Source of the DNA: Anthoceros angustus | Taxonomy: Eukaryota; Plantae; Anthocerotophyta | Length of the DNA stretch: 64,000 nucleotides | Direction: 5' to 3' | NCBI GenBank assembly: GCA_010909165.1 | Contig: VJWM01000239.1 | Coordinates: 197,901-261,900, forward strand | Shown: positions 50,113 to 61,549 of the stretch, piece by piece | How the letters are laid out: every line of letters starts with the position of its first letter | How positions within the stretch are numbered: position 1 is the first letter of the stretch | Notes under the pieces: generated by a model | Databases searched by the model: none | What the model was told of the DNA's origin: nothing | Seen by the model: the letters and a program-made list of their open reading frames with translations, nothing else | Program-made: the position numbers and the translations under genes

Positions 50113-50688
50113 TTAGTGGGTTGTCCCTCGAAGAGCGAGGTACTTAGATGGTTTTCCCATCTCTTCGTTTTTTATAAATTCTCCATTGTTCGGAACAACT
50201 GACATCGTATGTTCCGATGTACGCACAAGGCTGTCCATATGTACTGACAACGCTGTCCGTATGTACTCACAAGGCTCTGGGCAGGCAGGCCATGGGCAGG
50301 ACATGCCACGCAGGATGTCACACGTGCCACGCATTATGGCTCCAGCGATTGAGACGCACGCCGGTGTCACATGGGAATCGGGTGGGTCCGGTTCACCGTA
50401 ACTGCGCTCTGTCACTTGCGAGTGTCGTTGATGGATGACAAAGAGAGTCAAGAGTCCACCACGCCTGGTTCGAGGGTTAGGGTTTGCGCGTTGCTTGAAG
50501 AGAGGGAGCCAGCCCTAGAGCTCTACGCCGGAGCAGCAGCAGTCGCGAAAGCTTCCTTTTGTTCGCACACCGAGCAGGGCCTTGCGGCTGTGGCCTTCGC
50601 CCGCGCTTTTGCGTCCTTTCTTGTTTGCGTTTGCTCTCGCTGCTCCTGGTCCAGTCGTTCGCCCGATGACGATCCTGTCTTAACCACA
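50113..50688. mobile_element. Probable LTR-like segment ending ...TTAACCACA; terminal ~110 bp also present inverted at 48811-48925
   Basis: Reverse-complement match 50586-50688 to 48811-48925, starting exactly at TGTGGTTAAG. The left boundary is a guess. Confidence 0.45.
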
Positions 50689-51256
50689 CTGAAAGTCGGG
50701 GTGCGATGCGCAGCGCCTGCTCCTTCAGTCCGGTGTCTCCATCGCCTGCTCGCTTTCAGGCTGCCCGCGCAGGCCGGGAAGGGCCGCGAGGTGTTGGATC
50801 GGCGGGTGCTGGCATCCCTGAAAGCGTTCAGCTGATGGAGATTCCGGCGGAGCTTGTGTGAGCGTGGAGCTCCCCACATGTGGACAAACCTGGCCTAGAC
50901 TGAGGGCTTGCTACTGTTAGGTTTCGGTCTAGGAAGTTGCCTGTTTGGCGCCTCCATGATCAAGTTTGGTGTCTTGTTTCTTCTTCTGCTTGTTCTGGTT
51001 CTTTCTTCATCTTCTGGTTGCTGGGAGGATTTTGGACGCTCAGCGGGATTTTTCTTCACTTTCCTTGGTCTTGTATCTTCCTTCTTCTTCCGTGTCGTTT
51101 TCACTGCTCTCACCTGATCCTAGCTCTAAGGGGACGTGAATGATGATTCGCACAAGTTCGGATTCCCTCCGATGCTCTGCAAATGATGCACAACGTTGTC
51201 GTGACTGACACGCTCCTTGGTCACTCGTGAGTTCTATGTTGTCTGCAATTCAATAT

Positions 51257-51465
51257 TAGTTCATTGTCTGCGAAGTTCGGCATGCCTCATGTGTATATGT
51301 TAAGTCATATTGTAACAGCCGGCCTAGTTCCTGTTTGCGAAGTCCGGCATGCCTCTCATATGTATGTGTCAAGTCATCTTGTAACAGCGGGCCTAGTTCC
51401 TTGTCTGCGCAGTTCGGCATGCTTCATGTGTATGCGGTGTTAAGTCCTCTATTAAAACAGCGGGT
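51257..51465 (+). repeat. Tandem repeat, 3 x ~69 bp
   Basis: Unit tagttc(c/a)ttgtctgcgaagttcggcatgcctcatgtgtat..gttaagtcat.ttgtaacagcgggcc. Confidence 0.85.
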
Positions 51466-52348
51466 GAACTTGATCTGACCCCGTTTGTGTCGGAAGTTGA
51501 CGAAAGTAAATGCCGTCAACGTGTGTCTCTTCCCTTTGCAGCTAGAACGCTTTGTTTTATCTGGACGAGCCACGTTGAACACTTTGTGATGTGTACGTCT
51601 ATTTGTGATCTGCATTTGACTTGACAGCTGCCAGTCAGTTTTTGCGTCAGATCCCACCAGAGCCATGTGCCGGCGCATCACAAGTTTTATGAACTGACAG
51701 ACTGCCCTGCGTTGGGGGAAGGTGGGGGTCCCTGGGCTGCGTGACTGACGAGACGGTTGGTCCGTTCTCACATGCTGGACTGTAACAAGCAGTACGGTGT
51801 TGTCAGTCGTTACGAGCCGTAGCCGGAAGTGTTTCTGCTCCAGGTTTCTTTCCATGTTTTCTTTGCTTTGGACGAGCATTTGATGCCAGTCAACTGCGTC
51901 ACAACCCTGCTATCCTCCCTGGAAAATGATCCGGCTTCCCAATGATTGCCCGCAAGAGCCAAAGGTGGAATCCGCCAAAGCAGCACACATCCCTGACACT
52001 CACGTTATGCACATTCTATGTAGACACTACAAACTGTACAGCATCGGAGGCTACAGACTGCTGAGTGTAGGCATCTAAGCGGGAATCCTCCCAAGATCCT
52101 TTGGCGCCCGAAGACCTCTGGTAACCGGAGATGAGAGTTCGCTCCACAGGTCCTTCTTCTGAACGGGGTCCGAGTCTACAAACCGGTGTATCGTTGTATC
52201 AAGGACGTTCGCGACTATGTTCGGTTAAACTCAAAAGAAATTTGAGAGCACCAGTGTCCCTTGTGTGGAGGATACAGTACCTCGGCTGTACATCTTCCGA
52301 GTTTGAGGAAACTGTGCTTTCAGACACCACCTTCAGCTCACAACTGGC

Positions 52349-53513
52349 TCATGACCGAGTTTTTTCTGCCGTCACCTCCAGGACTCCTACCAAGCACTTC
52401 TCCAGAAGAAATTCTGCATTTACCCAGGCGTGATACTTGTCTGTTGCACAAGGTCAAGGAGCTGCAGCTTGCAAACAAGCTTCCCAAAAGACTGAACAAC
52501 GTTGGAACAGGTGATACGGGACTGCAAAGGAAAACAAAGCATGAAGAGGATACTGAACAAAGCAGTGCAGTCCTTGCCAGCCCCCTTCATCAACATGTCA
52601 CGTCCTGAATAACATACTCTCTGCAATCAGCGTTCTGCATCTCAAACCCTACAGGAACAACAAAGAGGAGAGCTTGAAAAAATGCACACCTCCTGGATGG
52701 AATCTCAGATACTGCGTCACGTTGTAAACACGTCCCCGAAGGATGGTCCACAGATCCTCCTCCTTCGCGTGTTTTTTCACCTCAGAGAGAGAGATTGACC
52801 TTGATCTTGACTGGCCCTTCAAGCCTGGTGACAAGGTTCAGGGAGGCTTCTCAGCTGGAAGAAAAGAGGGGAACAGCTCATGCACGGTTTCTACAGCAGA
52901 CAAAGATGTATCTACACCACACCTGCCAAGTCAGCCTCGTTCTGCATGCGCTTCATCCACTCCAGCTGGCTGTAACCCTTTTCCAACGGAACTCGTCCAT
53001 TGATCTTAGCTTTCGGAGAGGGCAGGGAGAAAGTATCATCTCTTACAGAACGATTACTGGCCACAGGTTTTTCCGCCACCACTGGCGCAATCACTACCAC
53101 CGGAGAAATTTCAACGGTCTCCACAAAGAACTCGGAAGCTTCAGAGCCGAAACCAACTTCGCCAAGCTGGTAATAGCCGACGGAAGGACTCGGAGAAGCA
53201 ATTGGAGATATGCAGGGGGACACCGGCATCGGTTTGGGAGACCCTGCCTCATCCGCGTCAGCCAACAGCTTCCCCTGCACACTCAAAATCCGTGCACTTC
53301 ACAATCTGCTACTACTCCTCGCATTTACCTCCTCACATCCATAAAACAGAAAAAGACATCATCAGATCCGCAAAACAGCTCGATCCTCCCTCCGACTCTA
53401 CACATTCCACACCATCCCCGCCAGCATTGCATCCCACGCATCACACGCAGGCCAAAAACTGCGGCAGAACGTATAACCCGCCCCCTTCCCTGCTCAGCTG
53501 CCTCAGAATCCAT
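52349..53513 (-). CDS. RLF: Cytochrome b5-like heme-binding protein, RLF-like (start uncertain)
   Basis: [53 protein letters not shown] and [18 protein letters not shown]. Confidence 0.88.
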
Positions 53514-54379
53514 GCCAGACACCGATCTACAACACGGGCCGCCTTCTATATCTCTTCACCTCCGACCAGAAATGCCAGAATGCCAAATTCCTCGGTTGGC
53601 CAGCCTGATTGAGTGGCAACCTTCTGTAGTTTGCGAGCCCGCAACAGAGCAACAGAGCAACAGACCAGGCAGAGCAAGCAGAGCAAGCAGAGCAGGAAGG
53701 GAAGCAAAACCTGCGGGTGGAAAGAGAAGTCCAGGGCCAGGGGCGCGGCATTTCTAGCCCCCATGACGCTACTCTCCTGCGCTGTTGCTCCTGCTGCCGC
53801 TGCCGCTGCCGCTGCTGCAGCGTGCCATGGACACGCCGCCGTCTTATACTGATTCCTGCGCTCCGGCTACGCTACCCGTTCTGTGATACCCGGACAAGAG
53901 TCGCCTCTTGTCCGCTTGCTGCTTGCTACTTGCTGCTGGATATAGGGCCGGGGTCTCCCCCATGGAACCACATCCGGGCCGTGGTCAGACCAGGATAGGT
54001 ACTTACATTGCCCATCGGGATGGTCAAGCGTCCTAGGATGATCCGGGAATCGGATCGGTCATCTAGGGATGGCACGTGTTTGTCCGTCACTGGCTATTCC
54101 CTCAAGATTTGCCATTTTATCGCTTTGTCTTTTAGTGTAAATCGATTCTTGGACTAAAAGCATGAAGAAGGCAGAATGCCTTCCAATAGACTAGGTACAA
54201 AGAAAAGGAACAGTCCTAGCCCATGAATACGGCACCGGAAGCCAGGAACAGGCCTGGCTAAACACAACAAATCACCCGCAAGAGAATCCACCAACCAACA
54301 AAGCTCCTAGGCACAAATAAAAACGACTATTTAACAAAACTCTTGACACAAAGAGAGCTGTTGACCATAATGGGATAAC

Positions 54380-54460
54380 CGTGGACGGCAGGATTCGAAC
54401 CTGCGCGGGCGAACCCACATGATTTCTAGTCATGCCCGATAACCACTCCGGCACGTCCAC
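54380..54460 (-). tRNA. trnS-AGA: tRNA-Ser(AGA)
   Basis: GTGGACG/CGTCCAC acceptor stem, CATGA-CT AGA AA-TCATG anticodon arm, long variable arm and GGTTCGAATCC T-loop. Confidence 0.97.
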
Positions 54461-54639
54461 TGAAGTTGCTGACAGAGGATGACATTTTAATCTTAATTAT
54501 AAACCTTAGTTAGCAAAATCCAAAATTAATATTCATATATCTATTTATATATATTTGCAGATATAGTAGTCACGATGACTTGTCAATCATGTATATATAT
54601 TATGTTCTGTTACATACAATACAAGCCCTACTTCAGAAT

Positions 54640-55752
54640 GGGTTGCGGGTCAGCTGGATCAAAAACCTGCTTTCCATGCCCGCGCATCTTCCGCAGGCTT
54701 CCCGGCACCTTATGATGATGCCCGTTTGGCGTTCCGTCTTCCCTTGGATCGCCTTGCGCTTGATCCACATAACGAGTGGGCTTGGCGCGTTCTCCTACTT
54801 CTCCCCCGGTGGTGTCTTTGCTGTACTAGGGGTGGGGCTTCTAGGCATCGGGAAATTGCTAGTTGTTTTCACCACTTTCGGACTGGTGACTGGGCATCCC
54901 TCCAAGAGGCTCTGCGTGCTACCAATGCTCGGGCGGAATCCGCACAACAGTTGAAACAGGTCTCGGGTAATGCAGCAAACCTGCGGCGTTACAAGTTGCT
55001 TTCGCCAAAGGGTGAATATTCCTCACGCTAGGCTCTTCGACCCCTCCCGGCCCCGCTCAAGAGACCACACGCCTGCGTTCCATCCAAAGACCCAAGGATG
55101 CTATCCTCCTGATATATCCGACTATATCCAGAAAATCCCTTCTCCCTAAGTTAGCTTTTGCTTTGGCACTCTACGACCCCATGTCTTTCATCGCCGGGTT
55201 GTGTTTAAATGGTGTTTGAACACCTCAGGGACCTTTTCTCCCCGAAGATCCATCTAGTGGCTTCCCATAACTCTTTTCTCCGTGCGGTGGTGTGGAAGAC
55301 CACAGGTACACTAACCCCTCCAAGAGGCTCTGCGTGCTACCAATGCTCGGGCGGAATCCGCACAACAGTTGAAACAGGTCTCGGGTAATGCAGCAAACCT
55401 GCGGCGTTACAAGTTGCTTTCGCCAGGCGGGTGAATATTCCACACGCAGGCTCTTGACCCCTCCCGGCCCCGCTCAAGAGACCATTCGCCTGCCCTCCAT
55501 CCAAAGACCCAAGGATGCTATCCCTCTGGATATATCCGACTATATCCAGGAAAATCCCTTCTCCCTGGACCGGTTAGCTTTTGCTTTGGCACTCTCTACG
55601 ACCCCATGTCTTTCATCTGCCGGGTTGTCAGAAATGGTGTTTGAACACCTCAGGGACCTTTTTCTCCCCGAAGATCCATCTAGTGGCTTCCCATAACTCT
55701 TTTCTCTGGCCGCTGCGGTGGTGTGGAAGACCACAGGTACACTAACCCCTCT
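54640..55752 (+). mobile_element. Fragment of a CRE-like non-LTR element (pre-RT region) with an internal ~420-bp direct duplication
   Basis: AWRVLLLLPRWCL...FRTGDWASL...GEYS, SSAGLSEMVFEHLRD; 54899-55320 is repeated at 55316-55752. Confidence 0.6.
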
Positions 55753-55999
55753 CCGAAGTGTCGGGATGAACGATTTTTTTTGTTTTGGGTGTGTTAGTAT
55801 AGCAAAGTGCTTTGAGAATCGTCTGGGTAAGGCCTTTTATAGGGGAATGGTCCTTGGCCCTTGATGATAATAATAATTTTTTCGGTCCTTAGGTTTTGAC
55901 CCCGGATAGGTAGGTCAGAAATAGAGTCCTTGGGTTTTGGTGAATTTTGGAATATGGGGTGTCTATATATGCTAGGAATGCTCACAATATGCCACAGTT

Positions 56000-58900
56000 G
56001 GGTAGTCAAGTGGGGAGGTGGCTAGTTCCACCACGGGTCAAGAACGACGCATGCACTGTGGGAGTTTACAACCCTAGTGGCGGAGCGGGCCGCCAATACC
56101 GGAGCGCAATCGAGAAGGACACACCAAAGACCGCGAGGTCGGAGAGGACGCCGAGCGGAGCCGCAGCAAGCTGGGCGCGCGCATGCAACTGCGCCTGGGC
56201 CGAGTCTCTGTTTCGCTGTGCAGGTAGAAGGGCGCGCGTCAATCAGGTCAGAGCGGCGGCGGAGGAAGGAAACCAGGCGCTGGCGAACTAGCGAAGGAGG
56301 AAAAGAGGCGCTGAGGCAAGAGGGCCAGCGCGAAGAGGAGTGGAAGAAGCGTGCAAGGGTGGTGTTCCCTTTTTCTGACCAGCGTCTGCAGGGGGGTCGA
56401 GTTTTTTTCTAGGGAAACAAGGAGGAGATGGCGCGAGGCACCGAAATCCCTGCCGGTGGCCCAACATGGACCCTTTGGAAGGTGAGAGCAGCCCGTGCGT
56501 GGAGCCGGGGCCCGGAATTTATGGAGAAGAAATGGTGTTACGACATCAAAGATTGGTGCAAGAGTGCGGCAATTGAGAACTGTGTCGCAAGAGGGCGACG
56601 CGAGGAAGAGGCCGCAAAACTGGATTTGGGGCTCTTTCGAGCGATGTATGGGCGAGAAGCATCGAGGATGGGAGCTTGGTAATTGACCCCAGAGAAAGAA
56701 GACCTCGAGAGCCGCAGCCGCGCGCCATGAAGCCCGGGAAGTGAGGGTGAACAATGGATGGGTGACTCGCCAACTCGTGTTCTGCACCGTGGGATTGGCC
56801 AAGTGGATTTTGTGTTTCGCAAACAAAGTTGATCATATGGCAGACCACTTCCTGGTCTTTCTTCATGAGGTGGTTAAGGGTACACAAATCGATTGGGGGA
56901 GGATGATCTTTGAAAGAGCCTGTGAAGAGAAGGCGAATTTGCTCTCCCTTCCCCTCCGCCCTCCTTGACTTCACCTTTCTTGATTCATGTATTCACGCAT
57001 TCCGGGTGTCTAACGGAGTTGGAAGCTGTGTTTGCCCTTCATAGCTGGAAACCGCCGTGAACCCAAGGTAGAGGAGGAGGAGTGTAAGGAGGATTCGGGA
57101 AGGATTCAGCTTGGGAATGCGCCCCTAGAAGATTCGGATGAAGGTGGGGAGGTTTCCAAGGGCAAGAAGTGAGGGCATCGAACGGGGTCATGAAAGGGAA
57201 GACAACAAAGCAGTAAGAGGAACCCATGTACACCCACCAGGTGTCAAATCACAGGAACAGTGAAGGAGGAGAAAATAAAGGGAAGCAAGTTGTTCCCCTC
57301 TCGGTGCGAGGATGAGTCGCCGCTAGGAGATTGGAGGCGGAGGAAGAGGCAAGTGCAAACCAACCCCTAGAAGAAGAGGTTAGTTTCGCACCAAGTCGAC
57401 ATTTCACCCGACCCGGCCAAGTGGAGATAGGTGACACCGCTCGCGTCACGAAATTGTTGTGGAGGATGGGCATGGGACACCAATTGCAGCCCCGACTCGC
57501 CATGGCTCGAGGCAGGCGGATCTCCTCGACCAGCCATGGCTCTCACCCCGAGTGCAGGACAACAGGAGAAGTTGCTCAAGGAAAAGTTGGAGAGCCCGGC
57601 GAGAACAAGGTGGCGGAGGAGGCGGAGGAGGCGGAGGCGGCGCCCTATGCAAGGCAGGCTGAGCTAAGGGCCATGTCCACCCAACAGAGGCCTTAGTGAA
57701 TCGAGGTCAAGGCGCATGCTACAATTGAGGAGCTTCAAGATGAGGTCTCGCGAGTCCAGAGCGTGTGGAAACAATGGCGCCTCTGGAGAAATTCAAGAAG
57801 TGGAGGTGACACCGCTCGCGTGCGAAATTGTTGTGGAGGGAATGGGCACGAGGGCAGCCCAATTGAATCTGCAGGCCACGAGGCCATGGCTCGAGGCAGG
57901 CGGATCTCCTCGACCAGCCATGGCTCTCACTGAGTGCAGGGGACAGGAGAAGTTGCTCAAGGAAAAGTTGGAGAGCACAGGCGAGAACAAGGTGGCGGAG
58001 GCGGCGGAGGCGAGGCAAGAGGCGGCCTATGCAAGGCACGAGGCGGCTAAGGGCCATGTCCACAGCAGGAGGCCTTAGTGAATCGAGGTCAAGGCGCATG
58101 CTACAATTGAGGAGCTTCAAGATGAGGTCTCGCGAGTCCAGGAGGCGGGGAAACAATGGCGCCTCTGGAGAAATTCAAGAAGTGGCGGAGAGATACAAGC
58201 GAGAGAGAAGCTAGGGCCGAGTCAAGAGAGAGGCCAAACCAAGAAAGGCCGGCAACAGCAGGGAGCAAGCAACCACTGGGGAAGTAACCACCACGGTGGC
58301 TAAACCGCCACCGTCATGAAGGAGGAACCGAGGTGGGGAAGCCACCGGGAGTACCGCAGATGGGAGGCAGATCCGAAACCCAAAGCAGCAGCAGTGATTG
58401 TCCACGGAGGAGAGGTAAGGACCTCTCAGACGAAGGGCGACAGGCGTCGGATGAGGATGCTCATGTCCTCGGCTTCGCTCGCATGGTGAGCGGTGCTCAC
58501 TCTAAACGTGTATGTGGTTGTTGGAGAGGGGCGTAAACCATCGGCCACATCTTGACCGCGTGTGCTACTGGTTCCTTGAATAGGAGCTGGCGCCTACCTC
58601 CGCAAGTGCCGGAGGAGATGGCGGCGGAGGCGAGCATGGAGGGAGGAGCACGGTGATGGCATGGGAGGCGGAGGAGGCGGGACAGCGGATGTAGAGGCCA
58701 CAGGCGCGCAACGCCCACGGAAGGCGCGAGGAAACCGCAGGCAGCGAGAGCGAGGTGGAGGTTTTGGGGGAAAATCGCTCGGATCAGAGGCGTGGCCGGA
58801 GAGCGAGAGGGACCCCTATGGGCCGTAGAGCTAGGCAGCAACCGCGGAGGCGGCAGCGCTGATTTTAGGGGGGCCGCGACATCATAGGTCCGGGGTTTCC
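56000..58900 (+). mobile_element. Degenerate LTR-retrotransposon accessory ORF region with a ~380-bp direct repeat (57419-58185)
   Basis: Broken ORF with GTQIDWGRMIF (resembling plant transposon accessory domains) and Glu/Ala-rich coiled-coil codons; tandem duplication visible. Confidence 0.5.
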
Positions 58901-59371
58901 TTTTGGGGTTAGGGGATAGGGTGTTCTGAGAGCCTGCAGAGCTGTAGTTGCCCGGATTGGTAGGGGTGCTCGTGGTAGGAGCTACAATTTTTAGATACTG
59001 GAGAGAAGTGAGCTGTGCTGAACTGCAGCTAGATGTATAAGAGACCCTTTGAGTGTCTCTCTTAACAGACGATTTCAGGTGTGAACTTCCGTGTATCGAA
59101 TCCTCGCGCAGGGTTGATTGGGTCAGCACCAAACGGGTTCGGCACATCGTTTTCTCGTCACAAGAAGACCGGGAAGATCCCTGGATGGTCGAGAGCGGAG
59201 TGGCCACGTCGTCAGGGGCGCAATTGGTGAGGCGCCCAGCCGCGCTAGAAAGGGCAAGGTTCTTTGCGGAAAGTCGGGGTGAGATTGCCGTGAGTGAATG
59301 AATCTTGGCAGTGCCTCCTCCTGTCTTCCTCCTAGAAAGCTGCCCATCAGGCGTGTTTAATTCTATGAGGG

Positions 59372-60013
59372 TGTGGCGCGACTTTCTTTGACGGCGGTAG
59401 CACTACAATCCCGTGTCGTTGTAGGAAGGAGTTCGTTCCCAAGGAATAGCAGGCTCGTTTGCGGCGTTCGGTGATTCTCGTCTTGCGTCAGATTCGGTCC
59501 CCAACGCACACACTCCTTAGTTCACGTCTAACTACGCGACAACACCGCCGAGCCGGTATGGCCAAGCGTTTAAGGACCCGTTGCGTCCGTTTGTTCTTCG
59601 TCTCTCACACCTCTCGTCCGTTCCTCTCCACTCACACTACACTTATCAGTCTTAAGGAAAGGCGGGTTACAGTCAGGACCTCCTCCTCGTTCTCACGGCC
59701 TCTCGTCCGGGCTCTGCACGCCCTCCGAAGTCCCTCCGGCTCACCGCGTTCGGTCCGTTCGGTGGACGCGGCTGCGACGAGCACGGGTCCCCAATCACCC
59801 TTCCACACACCACAACACGTTAGGTCCGTCACGGGACCACGATCAATCCCTCGGGGCGCCGTGCTTGGTGACTCGGGACTCACGTTAGCAAGAAGACACA
59901 CAAGGTCTGCAAGAACGCGGCATCAACACCAAGAGAAAGATGATTTATTCAGGGCAGCCCCAGCCCTCTTATACTACGCCCAGGTCGGCGTCTTTATTAC
60001 ATCCCCCTATTCT
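59372..60013 (-). mobile_element. Polypurine tract plus start of a 3' LTR (LTR begins at 60001; distal end uncertain)
   Basis: Minus strand reads AGAATAGGGGGA|TGTAATAAAG. Confidence 0.55.
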
Positions 60014-61549
60014 GAGCTGATGGCCAGCTCAGTATGCCCTAATCGGCCGCCTACCATCCTATTCCCTCCCCCTATCTCCTTCGCCGGCGGTGGGGCTGGG
60101 AAGGTCCCGAGTTCCGCCTTGGGATTGGTGGTCCAATCTCTCACAGATTCTGGGCGCGCAATCGGATGATCCGAGGCGGACCCTCCTCTCCCGGAATCCT
60201 GGGGTTGGGCTCTCGGCGGCGGTCGGCGCACTGCAACGTCATCCTCCCACAGCCTCCCCATGGGTCCCCTCCGGTGGGACCACCTATCCGCTCCCCATCG
60301 TGAGTCGAAGGGGCTCCTCCTCTTGGTCACGACCTCGAGGTCGGTCTCGACTCGGGCTTGAACTCGGTCGGCTTATTTCTGAGTCCGGTGGGTCCCCTCG
60401 TCTCTGTTCGGACCTCGGTCCGAACTTATTCAGTCCGGTCCCCAAGCTCCGGACCCCCTACACAGACCTCGTCTTGCTAGGTCCTCCTCCTTACCCCCGA
60501 CCCTTGTCTTGGTTCCGGGTTGGCTCCTCCTCTGCACCCCTTCGGGCCGTCACCCCTTCTCGGGAGGCGGGTGGTGGTGAACTGTGGAACCACGATAATT
60601 TTTGAAGGGGTTAATAATCTGAAGGGGTTTTGATGGGCCCTAAAGCAGCGTTTTGAAGGCATTCGAAAAGCGACTCGAAAAAAGGTGTCACCGGTAAAGT
60701 TACTACTTTCCATCCGGCAATGTTTGTGTCGAATGGTGGTATGAAACTCGAACCTAGGGAATGATGCAAAGTAGGAGCGGTGAGGAAACGTTCTGCCGGG
60801 CGAGGGGTTGTAAACTTCGATTTTGGGATGGAAATGTGGTTTTGTTATGACACCACAAAAGCCACGACGGTATTTCCCTAACACGAAACATCGACCGGAC
60901 TTACAACATTAACTCTGGGACCCGGGAAAAAGCAGATTTCGGTTTCACTCATCCCGAGTTCAATCCATCGTCATCACTTGGTCCGACTTCTCCTCCATTG
61001 TCATCACTATCTTGATGACACTTTGTTCCTGAGTTGTATGAAACCACGCAACTCATGAGCTTATCCCTTATCGCTTTTTGTCCACATACGGATGTTTCCG
61101 TCGTTCAACACAAACCCATGTCTGAGGATGGTGTTTCATTCACAAATACCTCTGTATGTTTTTAGGTAATGGACCTTATTCCCTTTTTCCTCGGCATTGG
61201 ACGGATGGGTTACCACTCGGCGGACTATGTATTCTGCACATATCTCCTTCATACGCATCTGTGCTCGGTCCGATACGGTGGATAAGAAAGTGAGGTCGTG
61301 CGTTTAGCTTCACGTCAATGACCTCCCAATCCGAATGGCCTAGTATGCGTGTCCGTATTGCAGCCTTTGCGCATCCCTCTCGGTTTGTTATGTCCCCATT
61401 CATCGTGCCATTTCCACGTTGCCTTCCCGCATTTTGATATGCCCCAAGTACATATCAGCGTGGGAGGTCCCTCAATAATGCCTCATCTAGCAAAGCTTCA
61501 TCAAGCGCACTTGAAGTGGTCATCTTTGTATGATCCACTTCTGCGTGAA

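Noticed and set aside
51257-51465. Possible CRISPR-like array (also considered for 61786-62200)
   Set aside because: Units are contiguous with no unique spacers, there are no cas genes, and the context is eukaryotic.
59031-59045. AGATGTATAAGAGAC resembles the Tn5 mosaic end / Nextera adapter
   Set aside because: It lacks two internal bases and the terminal AG, and has no adjoining adapter sequence; probably chance.
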